From a virus (taxonomy: Duplodnaviria > Caudoviricetes), in the IMG/VR virus record IMGVR_UViG_3300010376_000032, positions 1 through 64,000 of that record: 64,000 bases of DNA; one strand, 5' to 3'. Both the position numbers and the translations under genes were made by a program. Position 1 is the stretch's first letter, and each line of letters starts with the position of its first letter. Below are positions 1 through 9,088 of the stretch, piece by piece. The notes beneath the pieces are model-generated. The model was given only the letters and a program-made list of their open reading frames with translations, was not told where the DNA came from and made no database searches.

Positions 1-1
1 C

Positions 2-100
2 GTGGCCGTGGCCTTCGGCTACGTCTTGTTTCTGATCCTGACCGTGATCATCGTGGTGGCGGCGCTGGTGTCTGCCTGGCGGACGTGGCGGCGCCGTTAG
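2..100 (+). CDS. C-terminal fragment of a small membrane protein (5' truncated)
   Basis: Translated by hand: VAVAFGYVLFLILTVIIVVAALVSAWRTWRRR*; a hydrophobic helix followed by an Arg tail. Confidence 0.5.
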   Translation: MAVAFGYVLFLILTVIIVVAALVSAWRTWRRR

Positions 101-378
101 TGGTCCTGGTTCTCCTGCTCCTGCGCCGCCTGCGCCTCTGCGGCCTGGCGTGCCGCCTGCATCTGGAAGCTGAACACGGCTTCGGCAGCCTTGAGGGCCT
201 GGAAATCAGACAGGCAGTTGGCCAGGGCGGGCAGCACGTCCTTGGCCGTGGCCAGGCGGTGGCTGACGAAGCGCTCGTCCTGGCTGAGCACCACCCGGCT
301 CGATCCGTCCAGGTCGAGGACCACCAGGAACAGGGTGAGGATCTCCTGGGGGGGCGGCTCAGACCCGTTGACGGTCAA
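97..378 (-). CDS. Hypothetical protein
   Basis: 93 aa ORF; its TTG start overlaps the upstream TGA (TTGA). Confidence 0.6.
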   Translation of the reverse strand: MTVNGSEPPPQEILTLFLVVLDLDGSSRVVLSQDERFVSHRLATAKDVLPALANCLSDFQALKAAEAVFSFQMQAARQAAEAQAAQEQENQDH

Positions 379-941
379 TCCACTTCTCCTGGCAGTCGCT
401 TGTAGAGGCCCGCGGCGTGCCGCTTGGCTGTCTCGACCGCCGAGTTCACCGGGCAGAAGTCGCAGAGGTAGACGTTGCGGCCCTTCCAGTCATGGGGCGT
501 GAGACGCTTGCGATCGGTCTGGTAGTCGATGCAGTCCGTCCCGGCAGGACGGCGGTGCAAATTGAAGCACCGCATGGCGTCCTCCTTGAAGGTGGACATC
601 TCCTGGTACACCCAGGGGTCGAAGCCGGTCCAGCGTTCGCGCAGGCCCTTGAGGATGTCGTCGCGGTGTCCCTGCCAGAAGGTGTGGGTGCCGCCGACTC
701 GGGGGCGGGTCATGGTCACCGTGCCCGAGGCGTCCACCAGCTTCTTCTCGTTGCAGCGGCAGATGTCCTCCGAGGCCACGAGCAGGGCGGCGGCGTCGGT
801 CCGCATGTCCCCGTGCTTCTGGACGTGGCGGCGCACCAGGTTGTCGAGAAGTGGATCGGCTGCCTCTAGTTCCTTGGGGCCGTCGTAGAGGGGCAGTTCT
901 TCGATCGTCTTGCACTCACGGCAGACCAGCAGGCGGGGCAC
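375..941 (-). CDS. Cys-rich hypothetical phage protein (putative Zn-binding)
   Basis: CRECK at the N-terminus, C..H.RP...C.DY in the middle, YLCDFCPV near the C-terminus; coupled start and stop. Confidence 0.72.
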   Translation of the reverse strand: MPRLLVCRECKTIEELPLYDGPKELEAADPLLDNLVRRHVQKHGDMRTDAAALLVASEDICRCNEKKLVDASGTVTMTRPRVGGTHTFWQGHRDDILKGLRERWTGFDPWVYQEMSTFKEDAMRCFNLHRRPAGTDCIDYQTDRKRLTPHDWKGRNVYLCDFCPVNSAVETAKRHAAGLYKRLPGEVD

Positions 942-1102
942 TACCTGGTGGGCTTCTTGGGCGGCGGGGTTTCCTTGTCGCCCCGCGTCGCCTTGAGCCG
1001 CTTGTTGCCATAGGTGTTCATGATGCCCTGGGCGCCGCTGCTGTAGTCCCCGGCCTTCTGCTTCTTGCGGAGGTCGCGCTTGGCGCGCTCGTTGCCTGCC
1101 AT
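941..1102 (-). CDS. Small basic protein (53 aa, missing from the ORF track)
   Basis: Translated by hand: MAGNERAKRDLRKKQKAGDYSSGAQGIMNTYGNKRLKATRGDKETPPPKKPTR*; start overlaps the upstream TAA and stop overlaps the downstream GTG. Confidence 0.6.
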   Translation of the reverse strand: MAGNERAKRDLRKKQKAGDYSSGAQGIMNTYGNKRLKATRGDKETPPPKKPTR

Positions 1103-1317
1103 TACCTACAGAACCTCCCGTCTGGGGTCCGCTTCTCGGGCGCCTCGCACACGCCGTAGCCGTTGTCGTGGTTGTTCAGGGCCAGCTTGTCTTCCTTCTG
1201 CAGGCGCCGGTCCGGATCGGGATACAGGGAGCGGTCGCGGATGATGCGCTTGTAGGTGCCGTCGATGGTGCCTTCCAGGAGTTCGGCATTCATCGAGCGA
1301 TCGCGGTAGGTAGCCAT
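1102..1317 (-). CDS. Hypothetical protein
   Basis: 71 aa, TAATG coupling on both sides. Confidence 0.62.
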   Translation of the reverse strand: MATYRDRSMNAELLEGTIDGTYKRIIRDRSLYPDPDRRLQKEDKLALNNHDNGYGVCEAPEKRTPDGRFCR

Positions 1318-1679
1318 TACCAGTCCTCCATTGTGGGCGGTGGTCCCCAGCCTCCTGGTCCGGTGCTGGGGCGTGGGTCTGCAGGTTCCTTGGCCACTCG
1401 GCCATCACCCCAGGATCCGACGATGTGATCAGCCGGTTCATCGTTGAAGTCCTTGGCAGCCTGGCGCGAATGGACGATGTGCGCTGCCGCGGCCCCAGCC
1501 GCCACCCCCGCTGTCTCGACACCCGCAGCCAGGAGCTTCAGCATGGGATTCTTCCGTTTGGCGACGTTGGCCATGGAACCGATGCCCTCCGACAGCGTAG
1601 TGCGGCCCTGGAGGTGGTATCTCGGGTTGCTGACGTGTCCCTTTCGGACTCGCTGCACATAGCCATAGTCAGGTGGCAT
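1317..1679 (-). CDS. Hypothetical protein
   Basis: 120 aa; AGGAG upstream of ATG 1679; alternative start ATG 1574. Confidence 0.55.
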   Translation of the reverse strand: MPPDYGYVQRVRKGHVSNPRYHLQGRTTLSEGIGSMANVAKRKNPMLKLLAAGVETAGVAAGAAAAHIVHSRQAAKDFNDEPADHIVGSWGDGRVAKEPADPRPSTGPGGWGPPPTMEDW

Positions 1680-1687
1680 GTCGTCTC

Positions 1688-2023
1688 CTACCAGACATCC
1701 TCAACGCCCACGTTACGCGCCGCCCCCTGCCAGCCTGCGACACCGCCAGAGAGATCCCAGCGCCGGTTGGGGTAGCTACGGTCCACGTCGAGCACCTGCT
1801 CGATGTCGGCTTGGCGTTCCTGGTAGGGGGCGTACCCGTACCTGGGGGGCCAGGGGTCGAGGTAGATGGGTGGCCGCACCTCTGCCACGATCTCGTCGCC
1901 GGGGATCATGGCGGTCCGGAGGGCAGCCGTGACCAGCAGTTCCTGCGAGGAATAATTGGGGCCGAGTTCGGCGTAGATGTCCCCGCTATTTTGCAGGCGT
2001 ACCGGGCGCGGGCCGTCGATCAC
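1688..2023 (-). CDS. Hypothetical protein (possibly virion-associated)
   Basis: 111 aa, collinear in the tail operon. Confidence 0.6.
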   Translation of the reverse strand: MIDGPRPVRLQNSGDIYAELGPNYSSQELLVTAALRTAMIPGDEIVAEVRPPIYLDPWPPRYGYAPYQERQADIEQVLDVDRSYPNRRWDLSGGVAGWQGAARNVGVEDVW

Positions 2024-2027
2024 GTCA

Positions 2028-2363
2028 CTAGCTTATGGGCGCACCCGTGGAGTCGAAGAACAGCGAGGCCACCGACGGGAAATTAGCCTGGGTGAGCGAC
2101 AGCAGATCCTCGTCAGTGACCTTGCTCTGATCGATCTTGCCGTTACCGAGGTCCACCTTTGCTCCCATGCCAGGACCGTTCGCGGCCTGACTGAGGAAGG
2201 AGGCGAACAGTTCTGGCTCCAGTTTCAAGCACGCCCTGGCACAGGCAGCCATGTCGGCGCGCCCGTCGTCCTTGAAAGTCTCGGATTGCTCGATCACACA
2301 AGCCCGGTTCCGCATCTGGAACTCCGAGTCGTTTTCCAGCAGGGCAGAAGCCATATACGACAT
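2028..2363 (-). CDS. Hypothetical protein, possible fibre/spike assembly chaperone
   Basis: 111 aa with AAGGAG RBS, directly downstream of the spike gene. Confidence 0.6.
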   Translation of the reverse strand: MSYMASALLENDSEFQMRNRACVIEQSETFKDDGRADMAACARACLKLEPELFASFLSQAANGPGMGAKVDLGNGKIDQSKVTDEDLLSLTQANFPSVASLFFDSTGAPIS

Positions 2364-2376
2364 GGTTGGTTCTCCT

Positions 2377-3150
2377 TTACATGACGCCCATCAGGGCACA
2401 GACGAAGAACGTCTCTGTAGTGACGTTGCGGACCAGACCACTCGCCACCGATGTCTGCGCCCCCACGTTGAAGGTGTCACCGGCATTGGCATTGATAATC
2501 GCCACACATTCAGCGGTAATCGCTGACGCCCCGGCCAGACCATTGGTAGCGTTACAGTTGGCGTTCCTGGCACCACTCCAGTAGATGTTGCAGGTGACGC
2601 TGGTCGCGGTGTTCAGGTTCATGGATATGGTGGCCCTGACGATGTACACCCCTGGCGCTGGACAGGTGTAGTAGCCGGTGGTCGGGTTGTAGGCCGTGCC
2701 CTGGGTTCGGTTGTCGTAGATGAAGGGGTTGACTTCCTGGTTGGCCGTGGCGGGCATGGTGTAGGCGGCATTACGGGTTGCCCGACTCATGTAGGTGCGG
2801 TTCGCTGTGGCCCAGCTTGCGTCGTAGTCGGTGTTGGAGTTCTTGGTCAGCACCTGAGCGGTGGTGCCACCAGGCGGAATGCCTGCGACGGGGATCTCGT
2901 CGGGCGAGGGCAGGTAGGTGGGGTAGGAAGGATCACCGCCCTGAAAGAGACACCACACGATGCTGCCCACCGCGGGTGCGCTGGCATTGATCAGAGGCGG
3001 CGCCCAGATCCTGACCGGGCTGCTGCCGAAGATCTGTGGGATCCACATCTGGATACGGCCCGTATTGGTGGGGTCGTTGTTGGCGTAGACCTTGGCCGGG
3101 TAGACACCGGGATAGGTGGTAGGAGCCGGAGCGCTAACCGATGGCGACAT
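2377..3150 (-). CDS. Baseplate central spike (gp5/VgrG N-terminal OB-fold-like) fused to a C1q-like C-terminal domain
   Basis: N-terminal GVYPAKV..NNDP..TGRIQ.WIP...W..P....P.VG..VWC.F.GGDP.YP signature; GGTTAQVLTKNSNTDYDASW fibre linker; YNPTTGYYTCPAPGVY..AT C1q-like strand. Confidence 0.72.
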   Translation of the reverse strand: MSPSVSAPAPTTYPGVYPAKVYANNDPTNTGRIQMWIPQIFGSSPVRIWAPPLINASAPAVGSIVWCLFQGGDPSYPTYLPSPDEIPVAGIPPGGTTAQVLTKNSNTDYDASWATANRTYMSRATRNAAYTMPATANQEVNPFIYDNRTQGTAYNPTTGYYTCPAPGVYIVRATISMNLNTATSVTCNIYWSGARNANCNATNGLAGASAITAECVAIINANAGDTFNVGAQTSVASGLVRNVTTETFFVCALMGVM

Positions 3151-4327
3151 TGAACTGGTTGGCCGCTCGCCAGTGGTTGTTGATCAGTACCGTGGGTGGG
3201 TTGTTGGTGGCGGCGTAGACGAAGGGGTTGCTGGGCGTGTAGGCCGTGGCGGTGGTCTGTATGGGGCGCGCCCCGCTGTCACCGAGGGAGTCGCGACCAA
3301 GGCAGACATCCATGGAGTAGCCGTCTGCAGTGAACTTGTGGGTGACCTCCTGGCACCACCACACGCCGTCCTGGTTGGAGTCGATGCCCGAGATGACCAG
3401 GGGCGTGCCCTGCTTCACCGAGGTCAGCCCGCTCAGGGTGGCGGTGGCCTGGTAGGCGAAGCGGTTGCACTCGGTCATGCCAGAGAGGACGGCCTGGGCG
3501 TGGCCCTGGTCGGACACCACCTGGTCCGAGATTTGCTGACTGAAGAAGGGGTAGACCGAGTTGGCGCCGAGGGTGTTGAGATTGCTGGTGTCATCGACGG
3601 CGTTGATCATGGTGCCGGTTCGCAAGTTGATGCCGCTGATCATGCGAAGGGCCTTGGTGTGTCCGGCCAGGGGCAGCGCTTCACCTTGCAGAACCTTGAA
3701 GCGTGAGATGCTCTGCTCCGCGTAGTTGGGCGCCACGTTGCGGCTCTTGAACACCGGCATGCTCGCCCAGTACTGATTCATGGCGGTGTCGATGGAGACA
3801 TAGCGCAGCAGGCTCTTGTTGCAGGCCAGGCTGTAGCCCGTCTTGCTGGCCAATTGCTTGAGCCATACCCAGGCCGAAGCCCCCGGGCTGGACAACTGGG
3901 GCCACACGTAGTCGTTAGTCTCGATCACGGTGGCCAGGAAGTACTGCTGGGCCACCTGCTGCACCAGGTAGGAGGTGGGCACGTTGGTCCAGGAGCCGAC
4001 GATGGGATCCTTGAGGGCATAGCTCACCCCGAGGCAGACCACGTCCTCGTACGTGCTGGCATCAGGGTAGGCCCGGTCGTAGTGAGTTTCGATGTGGTCG
4101 ATGTAGCCGTAGAAGGTGTCCATGTCGAGGGTGGCCCAGCCGTACGGCATCTGCACCGGGGTGCCGGGTTGTAGCTCCGGCGTGTTCAGTGATTCGGACC
4201 GCAGGGTGATGACGGCAGTGTCATGCATGCCCTCGCCCATCATCACCTTGACCTGGTTGACCGTCTTCTGGGTCTTGACGCCAGCGGGATCAAAGACGGG
4301 GTAGGCACCAGACTTGACGTAGGTCAT
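3134..4327 (-). CDS. Baseplate hub protein (gp27/gpD-like)
   Basis: Lies between LysM and spike; C-terminal G.T.VKQG..L.I.GI......WW..EVTH.F pattern; start reset to ATG 4327 (ATGA overlap). Confidence 0.7.
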   Translation of the reverse strand: MTYVKSGAYPVFDPAGVKTQKTVNQVKVMMGEGMHDTAVITLRSESLNTPELQPGTPVQMPYGWATLDMDTFYGYIDHIETHYDRAYPDASTYEDVVCLGVSYALKDPIVGSWTNVPTSYLVQQVAQQYFLATVIETNDYVWPQLSSPGASAWVWLKQLASKTGYSLACNKSLLRYVSIDTAMNQYWASMPVFKSRNVAPNYAEQSISRFKVLQGEALPLAGHTKALRMISGINLRTGTMINAVDDTSNLNTLGANSVYPFFSQQISDQVVSDQGHAQAVLSGMTECNRFAYQATATLSGLTSVKQGTPLVISGIDSNQDGVWWCQEVTHKFTADGYSMDVCLGRDSLGDSGARPIQTTATAYTPSNPFVYAATNNPPTVLINNHWRAANQFNVAIG

Positions 4328-4596
4328 GAGGATGGGATCCTGATGATGGATCCGGCCACCAGCATGTCGGGATAGAACACCTCCGGATTTGCGTTGGCGA
4401 TTTTCCACCAGTAGTCCGGCACGCCGTACACCCGGTTGGCGATGAGGTCGAGGCGATCCCCCTCCATCACTGTGTAGTAGGTGAAGGAAGCCGGTGGGTT
4501 GGGGGGCGGGCCGAACACGGTGGCGGTGTTGCCCTGGGTGGCGGTGGGGACCGACACCACCGGCTGGGTCATGTAGCGGGAGCCGGTCAGGATCAT
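4324..4596 (-). CDS. LysM/tail-X-like baseplate protein
   Basis: YTVMEGDRLDLIANRVYG...WWKIANANPE.....L..G..IRIP. Confidence 0.82.
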   Translation of the reverse strand: MILTGSRYMTQPVVSVPTATQGNTATVFGPPPNPPASFTYYTVMEGDRLDLIANRVYGVPDYWWKIANANPEVFYPDMLVAGSIIRIPSS

Positions 4597-6128
4597 ATCC
4601 AGGCGCCTCCCTTCTTCGTGGTCGTTACCACACCGAGCTTGGAGTTGAAGGAGTGTGCATTCTGGGTGTACGGGAAGGTGATCGTTCCGTTCTGGCCCAT
4701 CTGGGTGACCAGCGGGTTGACGATGTCAGCACTAGAGAGCATGGGCAGGTAGCGGCGCATGATGCCCACGGTGGCCTTGGCCTCGACCGGAATCATGTTG
4801 GCGTCGAACATGGTGTACTCGTAGTCGAGGGAGGCCATGTTCCCTTGGAACTGATAGGAGTACTGGCCGCCGAAGACCACCTGCACGTTGAGCGCTTGGG
4901 GTGCCCGGTCACCTTCTCCGTAGGCACCGAGGCCCATCTGTCCGTTGTAGGTGGCGCCCTTGCCGCCGTAGTCAACCTTGGCGTCGTACATCCCCATCAG
5001 GCGCTCCAGGGCGCGGATATCCCATCGCACACCGATGTCCGAGGGGCCGGGTCCACCGTTCTTGCCTTTTACCCCGCCCTGCCAGACCTCGTATTGACGG
5101 TTGAAGACCAAGTCGAAGGTGATGCTCTGCTGCTGGATCCACAGTGGGGCCTGGGATTGCTGGGCCTGGTTGGTCTGAGTCGGGGCAGCGACATCGGCGT
5201 TGATGGCGCAACTAACGTCAATACTCTCGGGGTTCATCATGAAATAGCAGGCGAACTGCCCGCCCTTCCGCAGTGTCCCTCCGGTATTGGAGTCGTTGGG
5301 CGCCATGAGTTCGACAATGCCCCCGCGCACAATCTGCAGGCTCTGCTGTACGTAGCCCCGCAGGCTGCGGGTGTCGAACTTGAAGCCGCCCACACCCATG
5401 AAGGCAGCACAGAAGGGCAGGTTGGTTCTTGGGTCGGGAAGATCCTGGGTGGCAGAGAAGTTGGGGTCGTTGTTTTGATTAGTGGCTCCACCACCAATGG
5501 ACTTCGGCCCGCTTGATCCCGAACCCTGCGACGAGCTTCCGCCACCGCCTGCCGCACCTCCGGTGCTGCCCCCTCCCTTGGCGCGCTTGACTCCTCTAAA
5601 CGGTTCCCGGGCGTCACCCTGGAGGTCGACCGGCACGATCCGGACCACCTGGCCCGTGTAGGGGGCCTCGATGCTGTTGCCACCGCCCGCGTACATCCGG
5701 ACGTGGGCGTTTTCTCCACTGTTCCCAGGCTGGAAATAGAGAAGCAAGTCTCCGACTTCCAGCTTGTCAACCGTCAGTTGCCCGTACGGGATCAGGACTC
5801 CCGGGGGGTTGGCCGTGCCCGTCGTCCCCAGGGCGAAGGCGTCATAGACGGTGTCCAGGTTGATCTGGTTGTTCCACTGGGCGTTGGTGTCGCGGCCCAC
5901 ATCGATGCCGGGGCCGTGCAGGTAGGAGTACTGCATCAAGCCAGAGCAGTCGAAGGTGTCCGGTCCAGTGGACCCGTACACGTAGGCGCAGCCGAGTTTG
6001 CTGTGAGCTACGGCATACGCCTGGTCCCCCGGCTTTACCTGCGGGGCTGGCTGAGCGTTGGCGGGGGCGGCACTATTTCCAGGGGTGTACGCAGAACCAG
6101 GTGCGTCGGGGGGGTTGAGGACAGGCAT
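4593..6128 (-). CDS. NlpC/P60 peptidase fused to a probable tail-tube initiator domain
   Basis: LGCAYVYGSTGPDTFDCSGL (catalytic Cys), GDLLLY, HVRMYAG (His); C-terminal FMMNPESI...SLDYEYTMFD..MIPV.A...V pattern; located downstream of the TMP. Confidence 0.8.
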   Translation of the reverse strand: MPVLNPPDAPGSAYTPGNSAAPANAQPAPQVKPGDQAYAVAHSKLGCAYVYGSTGPDTFDCSGLMQYSYLHGPGIDVGRDTNAQWNNQINLDTVYDAFALGTTGTANPPGVLIPYGQLTVDKLEVGDLLLYFQPGNSGENAHVRMYAGGGNSIEAPYTGQVVRIVPVDLQGDAREPFRGVKRAKGGGSTGGAAGGGGSSSQGSGSSGPKSIGGGATNQNNDPNFSATQDLPDPRTNLPFCAAFMGVGGFKFDTRSLRGYVQQSLQIVRGGIVELMAPNDSNTGGTLRKGGQFACYFMMNPESIDVSCAINADVAAPTQTNQAQQSQAPLWIQQQSITFDLVFNRQYEVWQGGVKGKNGGPGPSDIGVRWDIRALERLMGMYDAKVDYGGKGATYNGQMGLGAYGEGDRAPQALNVQVVFGGQYSYQFQGNMASLDYEYTMFDANMIPVEAKATVGIMRRYLPMLSSADIVNPLVTQMGQNGTITFPYTQNAHSFNSKLGVVTTTKKGGAWI

Positions 6129-9088
6129 CAGCTATTCCTCACGGCGTCGAGGAGTTGCGGCTTGGAGATGGCCTGGACGAATTTCTGGGCCATCTGCTCC
6201 ATGTCTTGCTGGCTGCTGGTGGCAGGTACCTGGAGCACAATCGATCCCTGGCGGAAGTCGAGATGCACCAGGACGCCACCACCGCCGCCCATCTGCCCAC
6301 CCCGGTTGTAGGGAGAGGTGGAGTAGTTGTCCTGGGCCGGGACCACAGCCTCACCCGCATGCAGCAAGGCCAACTGGGTGCGGTCGATGCGTTGGGAGCC
6401 GCGGGCGTAGCCGACATAGGAGCCGCCACTGGCCACCTGCTTCACCCCGGGCACGTTGTCGATGGCTTTGTACCTCGACTGGATGTAGCGGATCCCGGCC
6501 GCGATGTTCGACACCGGGTCGAGGATGTTGGAGTTGTAACCAGGCAGGGCGTTGGACTGGAACGTGCTGTCGATTTCCTGCATGAGGCCCTTGGAAGGAT
6601 GACCGGCGGCGGCGTTGGAATCCCAGTTGTTGACGGCGTTGGGATTGCCGCCAGACTCGTGCTGGATGATGAGGTTGAGGCCATTGGTCCAGTCGCTGCC
6701 CGAGACACCGGTTAACTGCATGCCCTTGGCGATCCACTGGGCCAGAGTTCCAGACGGTGCCCCGCCCTTGCTGCCCGCCCCTCCACTGGAGGCTCCGGAG
6801 GTGCCGGATGAGCCACTGGCGCCGGTCCCGCCCGATCCCGAGGCGGCATTGGAGGAGGCGCCGCTCTGCCCGCCCTGGAACGAGAACATGCCGGAGTAGT
6901 CGGCAGCCATGACGGTGCTGTCGCCGTAGTTCCACTTGTAGGGCGTCTTCACGGTCTGCGAAGCGGTGCCACCGCCACCAGTCCCGCCGCCACCCCCACC
7001 GCCGCCAGTCCCACCGCCTCCGAAGAGGCTGGCGATGCTTCCCAGGATTCCGCCGCCACCTTTCTTGCCACCAAACGCGGCGAGGATCGATTGAGGATCA
7101 CCCTTTATTTCTGGCGCACCACCTACGGGCTTGCCGCCCTGCTGCGTGGCCTTGCCAGGTCCACCTCCACCACCCAGGGCTGCCACCAATGATCCCGTTG
7201 GTGCGGGACTGAGCAGAGCATTCAGAGCGGTGTTGGGGATGTCGGTGACCTTGCCCAACAGCATGCCCATAGGACTCTCGGGGTCGAGTGCTCCTCCGGC
7301 GTGACCGGTCTGCGTCTTGGCATCCTTGGTGCCAAGCATGTGTTCCACTTGCGCCTTGGTCAGGACGTACTCCCCGCCGTGGACGACGGCCAGACTGGGG
7401 CCGGTACCGGGAACCGGACCGCCCTCCTGGAAAATGCCGCTCAGTCCTGGGATCTTGCCCAGCAAGGATTTACCCAGGCCCATGCCAGGAATGAGGCTGC
7501 CCAGACCACCACCGAGCAGGCCGTGACCACTAAGCGCACCGCCGACGCCGGGGATCTTGCCCAGTATCGATTGACCAAGACCGAAGCCTGGGATGATCTT
7601 GCCGAGCATCCCGGTGATGCCGCCACTGGAGGCATTGTCGGCCAAGGTCAGGAGTTTGGTGGCGGCTTCGTTCAGTGTCTTAGAGGCGTCAGCCAGACCT
7701 GGCTCAAGCCGAGACTGGAGGCGAGATTTCTCGCTAGTCCACTGCTCCTGGGCATACGCCGGGGTGTCGAGGCCCGCCGCCTTGACACCTTTCTTGGTGC
7801 TGAGGTCGGGCATGCCCTTCTTGCCCTGGTTGACCCGGGTGATGCCGTACTGCATGAATGCCTGGTAGGCGTCACTGCCAGGCTGGATCCCGATAGAGGC
7901 CAGGTTGACCTCGCCGTTGCCACCCGGTGCCATGACGGCGTAGAAGGTGGCCGCATCAGGGGTGCGCCCCAGGAACATGCGGTTGAAGATCTGGCCGAAC
8001 TGTGTCTCTGGATCCTGCATCTGCCCGCCCGGGCGCAGGTTCAGGCCCACTTGCTGGGCAGCATTGAGTACACCAGGTGTCGCCATCTGTCCCTGCACGG
8101 CGATCCGCTGTTGGTAGCTGGAACCCGGCATGAGAGCCGCCAGTTGATTGGCGCCTTTCTGGATGGTGCTCCAGTTCTGGGAGCCTGGTTGGACTCCCAT
8201 GGTCATGGCTGCGTAGTAGTTGCCCTGGGCGAAGTCACCGGCACTCGACACCATCTGGCCCTTGGGGACGACGTAGAGCGATTTCGCAGCCGCCGACATG
8301 AAGCCCTGGCCGGTGAGCATCTGGCCGATGGTGGCGCCCTGCACTCCCGTCTGCCCCAAGCTGCTCGCTCCGGCGATAAACCCGGCAGCGGTGCTGGCCG
8401 CAGCGGCGGGAATGGACTCGGCGGCGCGACCGGCCATACCACCCCAACCACCAGGACCACCAGGGCCACCGGGAGGAGGTCCACCAGGAGGACCACCGCC
8501 GCCACCACCAGGAGGCCCACCAGGACCACCGCCGCCCCAGCCGCCATTGGGAGGAGTGGGGCCACCGCCACCACCCCAGCCGCCCCCACCGCCAGGCGGA
8601 TAGAACGGAGGTGTGGCCGTGACCATCGAGGCACCGATGGCAGCACGGGCGGCAGCAGCGGTGCCGATGGGCGGATCGTTGAAACTGCTGGGGCCACCCG
8701 AGGCGGTGGATTGGGGCATGCCCGACATCGGGTTGCCCTGCATCTGCATAGGGCCGGGGTTGGGGCGGGGCGTCCAGTTCTGGGCGCTCATCATGTTGGT
8801 GCCGCCGCCGGAGACGGGCGGTGCAGGCTGCCCCATTCCTCCGGCGTAACTACCGCCGCCCCCCATCGCCTGCCTGGTCTGCTGCACCTGCTGCTGCAGA
8901 CCGGACAGCTTGCTGACGAGTTGCTCTATGGCCTGGGAGATGCCGGAGATGCTCGTGGAGGCTTGGGTACCGAAGGTACCGAAGGTGCCCTGGACGCCGG
9001 TCAGGGCATCGCTGATCTTCTTGATCGTGTCCGCGAACTTCTGCGGACCGCTGCTGTCGAACAACCCGACCCCGTAGCCGTCAGCCAT
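6128..9088 (-). CDS. Tape measure protein with C-terminal lytic transglycosylase (SLT) domain
   Basis: 986 aa after the chaperone; IIQHESGGNPNAVNNWDSNAAAGHPSKGLMQ SLT motif; TMP-type GGPVPG...AVVHGGEYV and A.LHAGEAVVP motifs. Confidence 0.87.
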   Translation of the reverse strand: MADGYGVGLFDSSGPQKFADTIKKISDALTGVQGTFGTFGTQASTSISGISQAIEQLVSKLSGLQQQVQQTRQAMGGGGSYAGGMGQPAPPVSGGGTNMMSAQNWTPRPNPGPMQMQGNPMSGMPQSTASGGPSSFNDPPIGTAAAARAAIGASMVTATPPFYPPGGGGGWGGGGGPTPPNGGWGGGGPGGPPGGGGGGPPGGPPPGGPGGPGGWGGMAGRAAESIPAAAASTAAGFIAGASSLGQTGVQGATIGQMLTGQGFMSAAAKSLYVVPKGQMVSSAGDFAQGNYYAAMTMGVQPGSQNWSTIQKGANQLAALMPGSSYQQRIAVQGQMATPGVLNAAQQVGLNLRPGGQMQDPETQFGQIFNRMFLGRTPDAATFYAVMAPGGNGEVNLASIGIQPGSDAYQAFMQYGITRVNQGKKGMPDLSTKKGVKAAGLDTPAYAQEQWTSEKSRLQSRLEPGLADASKTLNEAATKLLTLADNASSGGITGMLGKIIPGFGLGQSILGKIPGVGGALSGHGLLGGGLGSLIPGMGLGKSLLGKIPGLSGIFQEGGPVPGTGPSLAVVHGGEYVLTKAQVEHMLGTKDAKTQTGHAGGALDPESPMGMLLGKVTDIPNTALNALLSPAPTGSLVAALGGGGGPGKATQQGGKPVGGAPEIKGDPQSILAAFGGKKGGGGILGSIASLFGGGGTGGGGGGGGTGGGGTASQTVKTPYKWNYGDSTVMAADYSGMFSFQGGQSGASSNAASGSGGTGASGSSGTSGASSGGAGSKGGAPSGTLAQWIAKGMQLTGVSGSDWTNGLNLIIQHESGGNPNAVNNWDSNAAAGHPSKGLMQEIDSTFQSNALPGYNSNILDPVSNIAAGIRYIQSRYKAIDNVPGVKQVASGGSYVGYARGSQRIDRTQLALLHAGEAVVPAQDNYSTSPYNRGGQMGGGGGVLVHLDFRQGSIVLQVPATSSQQDMEQMAQKFVQAISKPQLLDAVRNS

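Noticed and set aside
8400-8620. GGA/CCA-rich tandem repeat as a non-coding element
   Set aside because: Explained by GGPPGG codons of the tape measure protein
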